Assembly: GCA_019313825.1 (NCBI GenBank)
Contig: JAFDAM010000004.1
Location: 1 to 58,889, forward strand
Direction: 5' to 3'
From: Deltaproteobacteria bacterium
GTDB taxonomy: Bacteria > Desulfobacterota > DSM-4660 > Desulfatiglandales > HGW-15
Length of the DNA: 58,889 nt
A model generated the notes under the pieces. It did no database searches, was not told the origin of the DNA, and worked only from the letters and a program-made list of their open reading frames with translations. Within the stretch, counting starts at the first letter, position 1; every line of letters starts with the position of its first letter. This document shows, one piece after another, positions 41,039-51,456 of the stretch. A program made the translations under genes and the position numbers.

Positions 41039-41242
41039 TTATTCTTTCCACAAACCTTTTTTCTTGTGAGCATATATCTCCGCTTCCGCGAGTTTCCTGA
41101 CCTTATAAGCAGAGTCCCTCAAAACACTGTAAAGCACTCCGCAGTTTGTGTCTTCCCTGTTGGCATCGCCCTCGTCTGCCAGAGCAAGCATTTTTTTTAC
41201 GAGATCAAGGGTTCTCTTAATGCTTTCATCGCATGGCCTCAT
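41039..41242 (-). CDS. Small hypothetical protein, first gene after the sigma-54 promoter
   Basis: LADEGD..REDTNCGVLY..LRDSAYK; SD GGAGGGG. Confidence 0.8.
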   Translation of the reverse strand: MRPCDESIKRTLDLVKKMLALADEGDANREDTNCGVLYSVLRDSAYKVRKLAEAEIYAHKKKGLWKE

Positions 41243-41295
41243 ACCTATGTCCCCCTCCGCAAGAGATCACTCTTCAAGCGTTTGGCGTCTAATAT

Positions 41296-41313
41296 CATCA
41301 AGATCTGTGCCAA
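41296..41313 (-). promoter_or_regulatory. Sigma-54-type promoter TTGGCACAGATCTTGATG
   Basis: Identical to 13690-13707; between the activator gene and the defence genes. Confidence 0.75.
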
Positions 41314-41410
41314 AATTTTAATCAACAGGGGAACAGCTTAAATCTATTTTAATATCAGAAAGTTAAAGAATAATTGCATTTTTTTACGATAAGATCTTGG
41401 CATGCCCAAC

Positions 41411-41429
41411 TTGAGACACTGATGAGACA
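41411..41429. promoter_or_regulatory. Proximal activator site (two TGAGACA, 11-bp period)
   Basis: ttgagacactgatgagaca, 98 bp upstream of the promoter. Confidence 0.62.
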
Positions 41430-41455
41430 GTCATCTGTATGTGAAGATTGTAAGG

Positions 41456-41468
41456 TAACTTGTTGATA
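41456..41468 (-). promoter_or_regulatory. IHF consensus match
   Basis: TATCAACAAGTTA fits WATCAANNNNTTR. Confidence 0.45.
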
Positions 41469-41662
41469 TTTCGTGTTATTTGACAAAATCAGCATAGGGA
41501 AAGAGACAAAATGTGTGGTAAGGATAAAGATCAATAATATCGGCGGATGTTTTAAAAAACAGGAATAAGAGAATAAATTCATCATAGATATTAGATAGTT
41601 ATATATGTCAAAATGGATCGTATTACCGGATATCATTAAAAGCAAGGTTTGTTAAGGGGAAA

Positions 41663-41710
41663 TCAACCTGTCTCATGTTTATTTATGAGACATAACCGTC
41701 TCATGATACA
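41663..41710. promoter_or_regulatory. Distal TGAGAC/GTCTCA activator-site cluster overlapping the activator stop codon
   Basis: tgtctcat-N8-atgagaca-taaccgtctcatgataca; matches 14050-14095. Confidence 0.7.
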
Positions 41711-43080
41711 TCCGGGGACTCGGACAGAAAGCGGTAGAGAGTGGCACGACCCACACCCAGAAGCCTCGCAGCCTTGGCCTTATTTCCTCCGGTCCGGGCA
41801 AGGGCATCCTTGACCCTGTCCTGGTCCAGCTTTCGGGAAGGCCCCCTGGAAGAGGATCTTCTTTGCCGATTTTTCAACTCCATTGGGAGGTGCTGAGGTT
41901 CGATAATCTTGCCTCTGGACTTGACAATGGCAAAGCTGATCGCGCTCTGAAGTTCGCGAACGTTCCCGGGCCATGTATAGTCTATCATGACGGATAAGGC
42001 ATCCTTGGAGAGGCCCGCTGTTTCCAGCCCTTCTTTATAGGCCTTTTCAAGAAAGTTCTCCGCAAGAAGAGGTATGTCGTTCTTTCTCTCCCTGAGGGGA
42101 GGAAGACGAATGGGAACTACGTTGAGACGGTAGTACAGGTCGTCACGAAATCTCCCCTTTTCCACATCGCGTTGGAGGTCCCGGTTGGTTGCGCTTATTA
42201 TCCGCACGTCAACTGAGATGCTCTTCTCATCTCCAACCCGCTCAATCTTTCCCTCCTGTAATACCCGAAGGAGCTTCGCCTGGACAAGTTTGGACATATC
42301 CCCTATTTCGTCCAGGAGCAGGGTGCCGCCGTGGGCTAACTCGAACCGGCCCCTTTTTTCGCGCACAGCGCCTGTAAAAGCGCCTTTCACGTGCCCGAAC
42401 AGCTCGCTCTCCAGAATTCCTTCAGGAAGGGCCGCGCAGTTTACAGGGACAAAGGACTTTTTGGCACGGAAGCCCTCATTGTGTATGGCAGAGGCGACCA
42501 GTTCCTTGCCCGTGCCGCTCTCTCCAAGTATTAACACAGGGACATTGACATTGGTGAGATCCCTTATTGTATCAAAGAGCTCATGCATCCGGGTGTCTTG
42601 CCCTATTATTCCGGCAAAACTGTGCTCTGTCCTCAGGCGCCGGCGGAGGTTGTTCAGCTCGGTCATGTCTTCAAGAATGATTACAGCCAATCTATTATCA
42701 TCATGGTTAATGGGAGCGGCGCTTACAAGAAACTTAAAATCGCAGACTATTCCATTGATCTTTAACTGCACGCTCGCTTTGTTACGATGTATCTGCTTTC
42801 CGGCCAGGGCCTCCAGGGCCGTTTTTTTAACCTTACAGTTCCGGCACTCGTCCGCATAGCCGCACCCGTCAGGGCTCTTGTGCGCATAGAGGCAATTGAG
42901 CGCGTCACCGCCTCGTTTGTTGATCATCTCAACTTCTGGGGTCCCTGTAATCCGTGTCAATATATCGTTTACGGCTATTACTCTTCTGTCCTGATCAACA
43001 ATAAGTATCCCACAGGGGATCGATTCAAACAGGCTCTTTAAAAACCCTTCCTGTTTAAGCAGTTCAGTAACAGACCTCAT
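41701..43080 (-). CDS. Sigma-54-dependent activator (PAS-AAA+-HTH) with N-terminal Cys motif
   Basis: GESGTGKE, GAFTGA, LLDEIG, WPGNVREL, Fis-type HTH; CX9CX5CX2C in the PAS region; no receiver domain. Confidence 0.95.
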   Translation of the reverse strand: MRSVTELLKQEGFLKSLFESIPCGILIVDQDRRVIAVNDILTRITGTPEVEMINKRGGDALNCLYAHKSPDGCGYADECRNCKVKKTALEALAGKQIHRNKASVQLKINGIVCDFKFLVSAAPINHDDNRLAVIILEDMTELNNLRRRLRTEHSFAGIIGQDTRMHELFDTIRDLTNVNVPVLILGESGTGKELVASAIHNEGFRAKKSFVPVNCAALPEGILESELFGHVKGAFTGAVREKRGRFELAHGGTLLLDEIGDMSKLVQAKLLRVLQEGKIERVGDEKSISVDVRIISATNRDLQRDVEKGRFRDDLYYRLNVVPIRLPPLRERKNDIPLLAENFLEKAYKEGLETAGLSKDALSVMIDYTWPGNVRELQSAISFAIVKSRGKIIEPQHLPMELKNRQRRSSSRGPSRKLDQDRVKDALARTGGNKAKAARLLGVGRATLYRFLSESPDVS

Positions 43081-43529
43081 ATCAGCTTACTCTAATAAAA
43101 TGTTGGCTATCGAAGGTTATGTCTTGTATTTATTCAGTTTTATTAAATAAGACATATGTCAGGATGAAGCAATAGATCTATCATTATCAAATGCTCTTGC
43201 AATTAAACATATTAAATATCCAAATGAGCCTCATATCTATAATAAGGAAAATATATGTTTTTACTATGAAATGTCAACGAAATATGCCATGGCAAATGGG
43301 AGAGAAGGGGTTAATCATGGATAGTGCCACATATTCGACCATTTTTCACTGTATTGCAAAATAGTCTGCAAAATAGTCTTGACTTTCTTTCATTTTGCAG
43401 GAAATCTCGCTTCAGCAAAATTGTGTTTCAACCCTGTAAAGAGATTGCATGACCATCGAGTCATCTGAAAATGTTTGACGCTTACCTCCAATAGCGGCAG
43501 TCATACAGCAAGGTATCGAAAGGGATTAA

Positions 43530-44834
43530 GTGACTATGAATAGGACACTCGCCAGATTCAACCTGTACGGCTTTCTCAAGAACCAGCAGTACTATGATTA
43601 TTTCCTGTTGCTTGCGCTCAGACAGATGGGGCTATCCTATTTCATGATCGGACTTCTCATCGCGTTTCGTGAGATAATGATAAACATCATGGAGGTGCCC
43701 TCCGGCGCTATCGCGGACCTATGCGGGAGGCGCAAGGCTATGATCTTCAGCTTTGTGTCCTACATTATCAGCTTTGCCATCTTCGGTCTTACAGGGATAT
43801 CGGCCATGGAAGGCAGGCTCTCGCAACATGCCCTCTTGCCTCTTCTCTGCCTGGCCATGATCTTTTTCGCCATAGGAGATGCCTTCCGTACAGGCACCCA
43901 CAAGGCCATGATATTCTCATGGCTGAATTTGCAGGGCCGGAATGACGAAGCGACCAAGGTCTACGGGTATACCCGTTCCTGGAGCAAGACCGGTTCTGCC
44001 GTCTCTGTAGTCCTGGCATCTGTCTTAGTATTTACGACAAGCAATTATATCTATGTCTTTTTCTTTGCGATAATCCCCTACATCCTGAATATCATTAATT
44101 TCATGGGCTACCCAAAGGAGGTTGACCAAAATATAGTAAAAGGAGTTGCCATACGTGCGATAATGAGGCACCTCAAGGAATCTCTGATAGTCTCGGTAAG
44201 GAAGGCGAGTCTGAGAAGACTTATATGCGAATCCATGGGATTTGAGGGCTTTTTTAAGGCATCAAAAGACTACCTTCAGCCGATCCTGAAGGCTGCGGCG
44301 CTTCCGGTAACAGCCGCCCTGTTTGTGGGTCTTCAGCTCACCGATGAGCAGAAATCCGTGGTCCTGATCGGGCCTGTCTACTTTGTGCTCTTTGTTCTCT
44401 CTGCAATGGCCAGCAGAAATGCCCACCGCTTTGTTGGCAAACCAGGCCGAGAAGACAGGGCGGCACGAATGCTCTGGGGCATGATCGCCGCGGTATTTCT
44501 GGCGCTTTTACCCGCCGCCTATCTTGGGGTCCACTGGATCATGATAACAGTGTTCGTGGCGCTCTATATCATTCAGAACCTCTGGAGACCGGTCCTGATA
44601 AGCCGGTTCAACGCGCATAGCGATGAGGCAAAAGGGGCGACTATCCTCTCGATCGAGTCCCAGGCAAAGTCTTGCTCCACGATGATCATAGCGCCTGTTC
44701 TGGGATTGACAATAGACCTTGCAAGGGATCACGGGATCGGTATAAGTGAGTTCTGGCCGATCGGCATCCTCGGTGCACTGATAGCTATTCCGTTTTTTCT
44801 GACTGCCGGAGGATATGTAAAGAAAGTCGACTGA
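43530..44834 (+). CDS. MFS transporter
   Basis: EVPSGAIADLCGRR, GDAFRTGTHKA, about 12 TM helices. Confidence 0.9.
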   Translation: MTMNRTLARFNLYGFLKNQQYYDYFLLLALRQMGLSYFMIGLLIAFREIMINIMEVPSGAIADLCGRRKAMIFSFVSYIISFAIFGLTGISAMEGRLSQHALLPLLCLAMIFFAIGDAFRTGTHKAMIFSWLNLQGRNDEATKVYGYTRSWSKTGSAVSVVLASVLVFTTSNYIYVFFFAIIPYILNIINFMGYPKEVDQNIVKGVAIRAIMRHLKESLIVSVRKASLRRLICESMGFEGFFKASKDYLQPILKAAALPVTAALFVGLQLTDEQKSVVLIGPVYFVLFVLSAMASRNAHRFVGKPGREDRAARMLWGMIAAVFLALLPAAYLGVHWIMITVFVALYIIQNLWRPVLISRFNAHSDEAKGATILSIESQAKSCSTMIIAPVLGLTIDLARDHGIGISEFWPIGILGALIAIPFFLTAGGYVKKVD

Positions 44835-44970
44835 CAATTTGATAGGATTTTAGCTCAGGCAGTTTCCAGGCGGTCTGCCCCGTATTGCTGTATTTATAAG
44901 AGATTATTTGAGATCCTCTTAGGAAATCCCTTGACTTTAGTTTGTTTTTACGCATAACGCGTTATGCGAG

Positions 44971-45189
44971 GTGCGTAATATGATTAATCCTTTTTATACA
45001 CAACATGTGTGTCACGCCATATGGGAACTGTGTGAAGCAAAGGACCAAGTGACCGAAGAGACTGTCGAGGATGGTAGGATGGTGGTCGCCGATTGGCCGA
45101 TGGGACAAAAACAAATACAAAACATTAACGGCCGGATAAAGATAATTGCAATCCAGGAGGTGAAAAAACGCGACGAACGTACTTACTGA
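44971..45189 (+). CDS. Hypothetical small ORF or gene remnant
   Basis: 72 codons, GAGGTG before an internal ATG; no recognisable motif. Confidence 0.3.
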   Translation: MRNMINPFYTQHVCHAIWELCEAKDQVTEETVEDGRMVVADWPMGQKQIQNINGRIKIIAIQEVKKRDERTY

Positions 45190-46154
45190 ACCGCAAGTAA
45201 TAAAACAGGGCGACAAAATGGAATATACTTCAAATGGATTAAAAAATGGATAGCTATTGCAAGCAGGCAGGCAACCACAGGGGTCAAAAACCATCCCGTA
45301 ACAATATTTTTCAAGGTGCTCCAGCTGACTGTGTTGATGCCTTTCAGGATACCTATGCCCAATATCGCTCCGATCACTGCCTGGGAAGTCGACACTGGCA
45401 CTCCAACGAATGTATAGAAATGCACTGTAATAGCTTCGGCCAGAAGTACCACAAGCGCCGAAAATGAATCCAGCCTAACAACCCTCTTGCCCACCGTGGC
45501 CATCACTCGTTTACTAAAGGTCAGAATGCCAAAACCTATGCTTAATCCTCCTATTGAAGTGGCTGCAAACTGACTCAAATGACCTGCCCCCACAAAAACA
45601 GCCGTCACATTGGCAACATTGTTCGCGCCAAGAGAATAGGCGCCATAAGAAACGGCAGCAATAAGCGAGAGACGGAGCAGGACATCGGACTGAAACAGGT
45701 TTATCCTCAGCCGGTTATAGATGGCGGCAAGCAGCCTGTAAAGCACTATTGCGATCACGACACCTCCCAAGGGAGTCCCGAACCAACAGGCCACCACTTT
45801 CCCCAAACCCATAACATTGAGCTGCCTGTTAAGGAAACCGATCCCCAATATCGCGCCGATAACTGCCTGGGAGGTTGATACCGGAAGTCCCAGAATGGTC
45901 ATCAGGGTAACAGTTATCGCTGCTGCCAAAGATGAAACAACTGCCTGTTTAAGGGTTATTTGAGTAAGGCCCTTCAGGGTTTCAATTCCGCTTTGTCCCT
46001 GTAGAACAGCTCCCAGGAGTACAAAGGCCGATGCCAACACGGCTGCTGTCCCGAATTTTACCATCCTTGACTCGACAGCCGAACCGATAACATTTGATGC
46101 ATCGTTTGCACCCAGGGACCAGCCCAGGAATATTCCGCCTAAAAGCGATATCAT
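45183..46154 (-). CDS. PiT-family inorganic phosphate transporter
   Basis: GANDASN and GANNVAN signatures, two PVSTSQ. Confidence 0.92.
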   Translation of the reverse strand: MISLLGGIFLGWSLGANDASNVIGSAVESRMVKFGTAAVLASAFVLLGAVLQGQSGIETLKGLTQITLKQAVVSSLAAAITVTLMTILGLPVSTSQAVIGAILGIGFLNRQLNVMGLGKVVACWFGTPLGGVVIAIVLYRLLAAIYNRLRINLFQSDVLLRLSLIAAVSYGAYSLGANNVANVTAVFVGAGHLSQFAATSIGGLSIGFGILTFSKRVMATVGKRVVRLDSFSALVVLLAEAITVHFYTFVGVPVSTSQAVIGAILGIGILKGINTVSWSTLKNIVTGWFLTPVVACLLAIAIHFLIHLKYIPFCRPVLLLAVQ

Positions 46155-46804
46155 TACATGCTTCTTTTCATGCTGATAATATTGACTCTCTTTGCCACAC
46201 GATCGGCCTGATCGGCAATTTCGCCCATATTTATTATCAAATCCTTCAACTGCAGCTTCTGAAATGGATCCAGATCCGAATCAAAAATATTTGTAATAAG
46301 GTGCCTCTCAATATGGTCACAATGGCTCTCGTTATGGTCAATGGTGGAGACAATCTTCCTGATCCCTTCTTCTCTTTTAAACAGAATCTCAACCTGTTTA
46401 AAAACCAGATCACAGCTTTCAAGTGAGACATCGATCAACTCCCTGATATCCTGGATAATAAGGTCAGGAATGGTAAGCTTTTGTGTCTTGATCATATAGA
46501 GAATCAGCTCAAAGATCCTCGGGATCTCATCAATCGATTCAAGGAGACCCATGATATCTCCGCGTGATTCGGGGATGAGCGCCTTGCCATACATGAGAGT
46601 CTTGATCTCTTCGCGAACGTCGTCAGCCCTGGATTCGAACTTATGGGTCTGCTCTACAAGAAAATGAAAATGATCACAGAGTCCATTGTCGATACAGGTA
46701 TTCAGGGCCTCTGAAAAATGCCTTTCAGTTGTTTTAATGATTTCCAGATATTTGTAGATAAGCGATTCAATCTGCTGTTGCTTTTTAAAAAAGATTTTTA
46801 ACAT
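46154..46804 (-). CDS. DUF47/PhoU-like phosphate transport regulator
   Basis: ESRAD, RGDI, ESHCD, IAD motifs; adjacent to PiT. Confidence 0.9.
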   Translation of the reverse strand: MLKIFFKKQQQIESLIYKYLEIIKTTERHFSEALNTCIDNGLCDHFHFLVEQTHKFESRADDVREEIKTLMYGKALIPESRGDIMGLLESIDEIPRIFELILYMIKTQKLTIPDLIIQDIRELIDVSLESCDLVFKQVEILFKREEGIRKIVSTIDHNESHCDHIERHLITNIFDSDLDPFQKLQLKDLIINMGEIADQADRVAKRVNIISMKRSM

Positions 46805-47000
46805 ACGCTCCTCTTATATGGCATTAATCAAAGGTTCGCACGGAACATCCTCTGCATTCCGCTGTATTATTGGTGAAACGTATCTTAATAGTCGCGGGTA
46901 TAATAACTCTTATTTATTAGGAATGGAATACCAGATTTGAAGGGTGATAATTACAAGAGGCAATGCATAGGATATGTGCCATCATATCAACGAGTTACAC

Positions 47001-47260
47001 AATCCCTGATCCACCATCAAGGCATCATCTGTCCCGTTCCTGGCGGGATTGCCTTCGATGGCTCCTCCCTGCGGCGTATGTGTAAAACCGCATAGGGCCC
47101 GCCACAACGACGGCGGGTAGACATAGAGCATGGAGCCTAGTGTAAAACATAAAGACTCTATGCGCTTTGCGCGACTGAAAGGAGCCGGCGCCTCAGTCGT
47201 CGCTCCCCCCGCACAAGTCAGCGGGGTCTTCGATAGGCGCCCCCGCTCTTGATCGGGATT
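47001..47260. other. GC-rich multi-hairpin intergenic structure (MITE or ncRNA)
   Basis: Closing stem aatccctgatc/gatcgggatt around at least six hairpins. Confidence 0.5.
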
Positions 47261-47417
47261 TCGCGGGCTCGACTTGCAGACATCTAATACCTTGCGGGTG
47301 CCCGGGGACAGACCAAAATCCTTTGTCCGCACAATTTGTTTTTGCAAAGGATCTTTATCTATGATAGAGAATAGGGGTCTCTTAAACAGCGGCCTCTGGC
47401 TCAAGGCATGATAAAAA

Positions 47418-48014
47418 ATGGGAAAACAAAACAGGTGGAAAGATCACTACACAGACCGGGCCAGGGAAGAGAAATGGCTTGCAAGATCTGTCTACAAGCT
47501 CGAAGAGATAGACAAAAAGCACAGATTAATACGCCGCGGTCAGCGTCTGCTTGATCTGGGGTGTTATCCCGGCTCATGGTCCCAGTACTGCATAAAAAGG
47601 GTGGGAGACAGGGGCGAGGTCACAGGCATAGACCTGAAGCAGCCTGATCGTTTCTCTGCCCCCAATTTCAGATTCATAGAAGCGGACATATTCCACCTGG
47701 ATACAGATTGGCTGGCACGGGAAGTCGGTCAGAGGGACGCGGTTATCAGCGACCTGGCGCCTCAGACCACCGGTGTCAGGGTGGCCGATGCTAGCCGATC
47801 CCTGGATCTGGCTGAAAGGGCCCTGGAGATAGCCCTGGCCGTGCTCAAAAAGAACGGTCACTTTTTGTGCAAGATATTTGAGGGCGAAGACCTGAAGGCC
47901 TTCAGGGATAGATCCCATAGTTATTTTAGTCAGATGCGGCTTATAAGGCCCTCAGCGGTCCGCAAGAGAAGCAGGGAGGTCTACCTGCTTGGATTAAATC
48001 GAGTAAAACAGTAA
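47418..48014 (+). CDS. rlmE: 23S rRNA Um2552 methyltransferase
   Basis: ARSVYKL, DLGCYPGSW, SDLAP, K-D-K-E catalytic set, SREVY. Confidence 0.92.
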   Translation: MGKQNRWKDHYTDRAREEKWLARSVYKLEEIDKKHRLIRRGQRLLDLGCYPGSWSQYCIKRVGDRGEVTGIDLKQPDRFSAPNFRFIEADIFHLDTDWLAREVGQRDAVISDLAPQTTGVRVADASRSLDLAERALEIALAVLKKNGHFLCKIFEGEDLKAFRDRSHSYFSQMRLIRPSAVRKRSREVYLLGLNRVKQ

Positions 48015-48117
48015 CCCGGCTTAGTGGTTAATTGGCATGCGGAGATTTAACCAGTCTTAATCCATTTTCGACAACCCGACCATCAACCTCTTAACCAAAT
48101 TAATAAGGAGGCGCCTA

Positions 48118-48864
48118 ATGTCAGGTCATTCCAAATGGAGTTCAATCAAACATAAAAAAGGAGCAACCGATGCCAAAAGAGGCAAGATCTTTTCAAAGCT
48201 AATAAAAGAGATAACAGTAGCCGCCCGTCTTGGAGGAGGAGACACTGACGGCAATCCCCGCCTCAGAACGGCCATACAGGCTGCCAAGTCTGAAAACATG
48301 CCCAAGGACAATATCGAGAGGGCCATTAAAAAGGGCTCAGGTGAACTTGAAGGCACCTCTTATGAGGAAGTCAATTACGAAGGCTACGGTCCCGGCGGTG
48401 TCGCCCTGCTCATTGACTGTCTTACGGACAATAAGAACAGGACGGTTGCTGACATCAAGTATATATTCGACAGGCACGGAGGAAACCTTGGAGAGCCGGG
48501 TTGCGTGGCCTGGATGTTTGAAAACAAGGGAATGATTGTCTGTGAAAAAAACAAGATTGACGAAGAGATGCTCCTGGATTTGGCCCTGGAGGCGGGGGCG
48601 GAAGACGTCAAGGAAGAGGGGTCAGAGTTCGAAGTCATAATGCCCCCATCTGACTTTGAAGCGGTCAAAAAGGCCTTTGATAACGCGGAACTGGAATACA
48701 CTGTAGCCGAGATAAGCATGATCCCCCAGAATACCATCAAGCTGGAAGGAAAGAAGGCAGAGCAGATGTTGAGTCTTATGGAGACCCTTGAAGACAGCGA
48801 CGATGTCAACCATGTCTATGCCAACTTTGACATCCCCGATGAAGTAATGGAGGCTATAAGCTAA
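48118..48864 (+). CDS. yebC: YebC/PmpR family protein
   Basis: [27 protein letters not shown]. Confidence 0.97.
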   Translation: MSGHSKWSSIKHKKGATDAKRGKIFSKLIKEITVAARLGGGDTDGNPRLRTAIQAAKSENMPKDNIERAIKKGSGELEGTSYEEVNYEGYGPGGVALLIDCLTDNKNRTVADIKYIFDRHGGNLGEPGCVAWMFENKGMIVCEKNKIDEEMLLDLALEAGAEDVKEEGSEFEVIMPPSDFEAVKKAFDNAELEYTVAEISMIPQNTIKLEGKKAEQMLSLMETLEDSDDVNHVYANFDIPDEVMEAIS

Positions 48865-49343
48865 TGCTTGTGCTGGGGGTGGATCCCGGCTCGAGGGCAA
48901 CCGGATACGGCCTGGTAGAGAAAAAAAATAATCACATGACCTGCATCCATGCGGGCACTATTAACTCTCCGGCTAAAGACCCCTTCTATGCAAGAATCCA
49001 TAATATCTTCCAGGCCATGGTCGAGATTATGAACCACTACCGCCCACAGGAGATGGCCGTAGAGGACGTCTTTTTTGCAAAGAACGTCAAAAGCGCTTTG
49101 AAGCTCGGTCACGCACGGGGGGCCATAATGGTCGCAGCTGTCCAATGCGGTATAAAGATCTTTGAATATACCCCTTTGGAGATAAAAAAATCGGTCGTGG
49201 GTTATGGCAGGGCCACCAAAGATCAGATTCGTTCCATGGTACAGGTTATCCTGAAATTAAAGGCTCAACGCGGATCTGACACATCCGACGCACTGGCCGC
49301 TGCCATATGCCACCTCAACTGGACAAGATATGAAAAGAGATAA
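48864..49343 (+). CDS. ruvC: Holliday junction resolvase
   Basis: LGVDPG, VE..F, LGHARG, GRATK, DALAAAICH. Confidence 0.96.
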   Translation: MLVLGVDPGSRATGYGLVEKKNNHMTCIHAGTINSPAKDPFYARIHNIFQAMVEIMNHYRPQEMAVEDVFFAKNVKSALKLGHARGAIMVAAVQCGIKIFEYTPLEIKKSVVGYGRATKDQIRSMVQVILKLKAQRGSDTSDALAAAICHLNWTRYEKR

Positions 49344-49517
49344 TCATTGGTTATATATAAATGCGAGCATAGTTCCAGGATTATAAAATGGAAATTCCAT
49401 ATATCAAGCTACTAAATACAAAGTTCGAAACACCTAAAGTCCGAAATAAAAAACTGTCTCCTTGCATCGAATTTTAAACTTCCACCTTCGAACTTTAACT
49501 TGCTCTAGGCACTCTAT

Positions 49518-50120
49518 ATGATCGCGCATCTGAAAGGCATCCTGTTAAGAAAGACCACCGAGTCCGTGATTATCGATAACGACGGCATCGGATATGAAGT
49601 CATAGCCCCCCTCTCAACCTTCTATACCTTACCCGAAGAGGATGAGGGGGTGAGCCTTCACATCTATACCCATGTCAGAGAGGACGCCCTCACACTCTTT
49701 GGTTTTCAGACAACCCTTGAAAAGGACATCTTCCGTTTGCTGATATCCGTCTCGGGAATAGGGCCTAAACTGGCCATCAACATACTCTCCGGCATAGGAC
49801 CCGACGAACTGCTTGAGGCCATGGCCCGCGGGGATGCGGTCAGGTTGCAATCCATACCGGGAGTGGGAAAGAAAACCGCAGAAAGGATGGTCCTGGAATT
49901 AAAGGATAAGGCCCAAAAACTCAGGACTGCTCTGGAGCTTCCCCCCTCTCAGGTTACAAGCTATGAGGATAGAGGGGTCCTGGATGACGCCCTGTCCGCC
50001 CTCCTGAATCTGGGCTATTCAGCAAAACCGGCCGGCCTTGCCGTTGAAACGGCGCTCGTAAACGTAAAGGAGGTCAACCTGGAAGGCGTAATCAAGGAGG
50101 CCCTGAGACTTCTCGCATAA
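49518..50120 (+). CDS. ruvA: Holliday junction branch migration protein
   Basis: [33 protein letters not shown]. Confidence 0.96.
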   Translation: MIAHLKGILLRKTTESVIIDNDGIGYEVIAPLSTFYTLPEEDEGVSLHIYTHVREDALTLFGFQTTLEKDIFRLLISVSGIGPKLAINILSGIGPDELLEAMARGDAVRLQSIPGVGKKTAERMVLELKDKAQKLRTALELPPSQVTSYEDRGVLDDALSALLNLGYSAKPAGLAVETALVNVKEVNLEGVIKEALRLLA

Positions 50121-50139
50121 CGGAGAAAAGAGACTTTTT

Positions 50140-51168
50140 ATGGAAGAGAGAATCATCGATCCCGAACCTCAGCCGGATGAGATCCCTCAAGAGATAAGCC
50201 TGAGACCCACAAGCTTCGATGAATATGTGGGTCAGGAAGAGGTAAAAAGGAACCTGAGGGTGTTTATTGAGGCTGCCAAGGCACGCTCGGACGCACTGGA
50301 CCACGTCCTCTTTCACGGCTCTCCGGGATTGGGAAAGACATCCCTTGCCCATATAATAGCCCATGAACTCGGGGTAGATATCAACAGCACCTCCGGTCCG
50401 GTCATTGAGAGGGCCGGGGACCTTGCCGCCATACTGACCAGCCTTCAACCCAGGGATGTCCTTTTCATAGACGAGGTCCACAGGCTCAATCATGTTGTGG
50501 AAGAGATACTCTACCCCGCCATGGAGGATTACCAGCTTGATATCATCATAGGACAGGGGCCTTCAGCCAGGACCATGAAGATACCCCTCCCTCCCTTCAC
50601 CCTGGTGGGGGCCACAACGCGGACAGGTCTGCTGACACCCCCGCTTAGAGAGCGTTTCGGGGTTATCCAGAGGGTGGAGTTCTACCACCCCGAAGAGCTG
50701 CAGGAGATTGTTACACGGTCGGCAAGGCTCCTGGAGATCCCTATCAAAGAAGACGGCGCCCATGAGATAGCCAGGAGGGCAAGGGGGACACCCAGGGTAG
50801 CCAACAGGATTCTTCGCAGGGTCAGGGACTACGCGCAAGTCGAGGCCGACGGCGTAATTACGCGAGAGGTTGCAATGCAAGCCCTGGAGATGCTGGATGT
50901 GGATAATAAGGGTCTGGACAAGATGGACCGCCATATTATGCTCACCATCATCGAAAAATTTGACGGAGGGCCCATCGGCCTTGATACGCTTTCGGCTGCG
51001 GTCTGTGAGGAGAAGGATACCCTCGAGGATGTCTATGAGCCGTTCCTGATCCAGAGGGGTTATCTAAATAGGACTCCCAGGGGGAGAGTGGCCACCAGAC
51101 TTGCCTATAACCATTTCAACATCAAGATAGAGGGTGAAAAGGATAAGGACCAGAAGAAACTCTTTTAG
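50140..51168 (+). CDS. ruvB: Holliday junction helicase
   Basis: [32 protein letters not shown]. Confidence 0.97.
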   Translation: MEERIIDPEPQPDEIPQEISLRPTSFDEYVGQEEVKRNLRVFIEAAKARSDALDHVLFHGSPGLGKTSLAHIIAHELGVDINSTSGPVIERAGDLAAILTSLQPRDVLFIDEVHRLNHVVEEILYPAMEDYQLDIIIGQGPSARTMKIPLPPFTLVGATTRTGLLTPPLRERFGVIQRVEFYHPEELQEIVTRSARLLEIPIKEDGAHEIARRARGTPRVANRILRRVRDYAQVEADGVITREVAMQALEMLDVDNKGLDKMDRHIMLTIIEKFDGGPIGLDTLSAAVCEEKDTLEDVYEPFLIQRGYLNRTPRGRVATRLAYNHFNIKIEGEKDKDQKKLF

Positions 51169-51211
51169 ATCTGTCACTAACGTTGCGATTCTCAATAAAT
51201 TTATTAAGCGA

Positions 51212-51329
51212 CCCCCCGCCTACAAGGTGGGCATCAAAAAGGAAACCCAAATTTACTTTGGATGAACTCATCCCCCAAACCGTCCAGAAACAAGCCATTC
51301 ATCCCAGTGCATAGCACGGGTATTATGGC
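51212..51329 (-). mobile_element. Family A-ended element with a different, shorter interior
   Basis: Reverse complement carries both family A ends: aatacccgtgctatgcactgggatgaatgg and gatgcccaccttgtaggcgggg. Confidence 0.75.
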
Positions 51330-51456
51330 TGAGTTGTTTTGAAAGTCCCGCGAAGCGGGATATTATATGAAATCGATTAACGATTTCATATTGTTAAGTT
51401 GACAAGGCCTGTTTTTTCCACTAATTTTATCATGGAATTATAGAGGAGGTTCTGCC

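Noticed and set aside
46982-47404. 140-aa ORF
   Set aside because: Runs through a GC-rich hairpin region and has no protein-like motif
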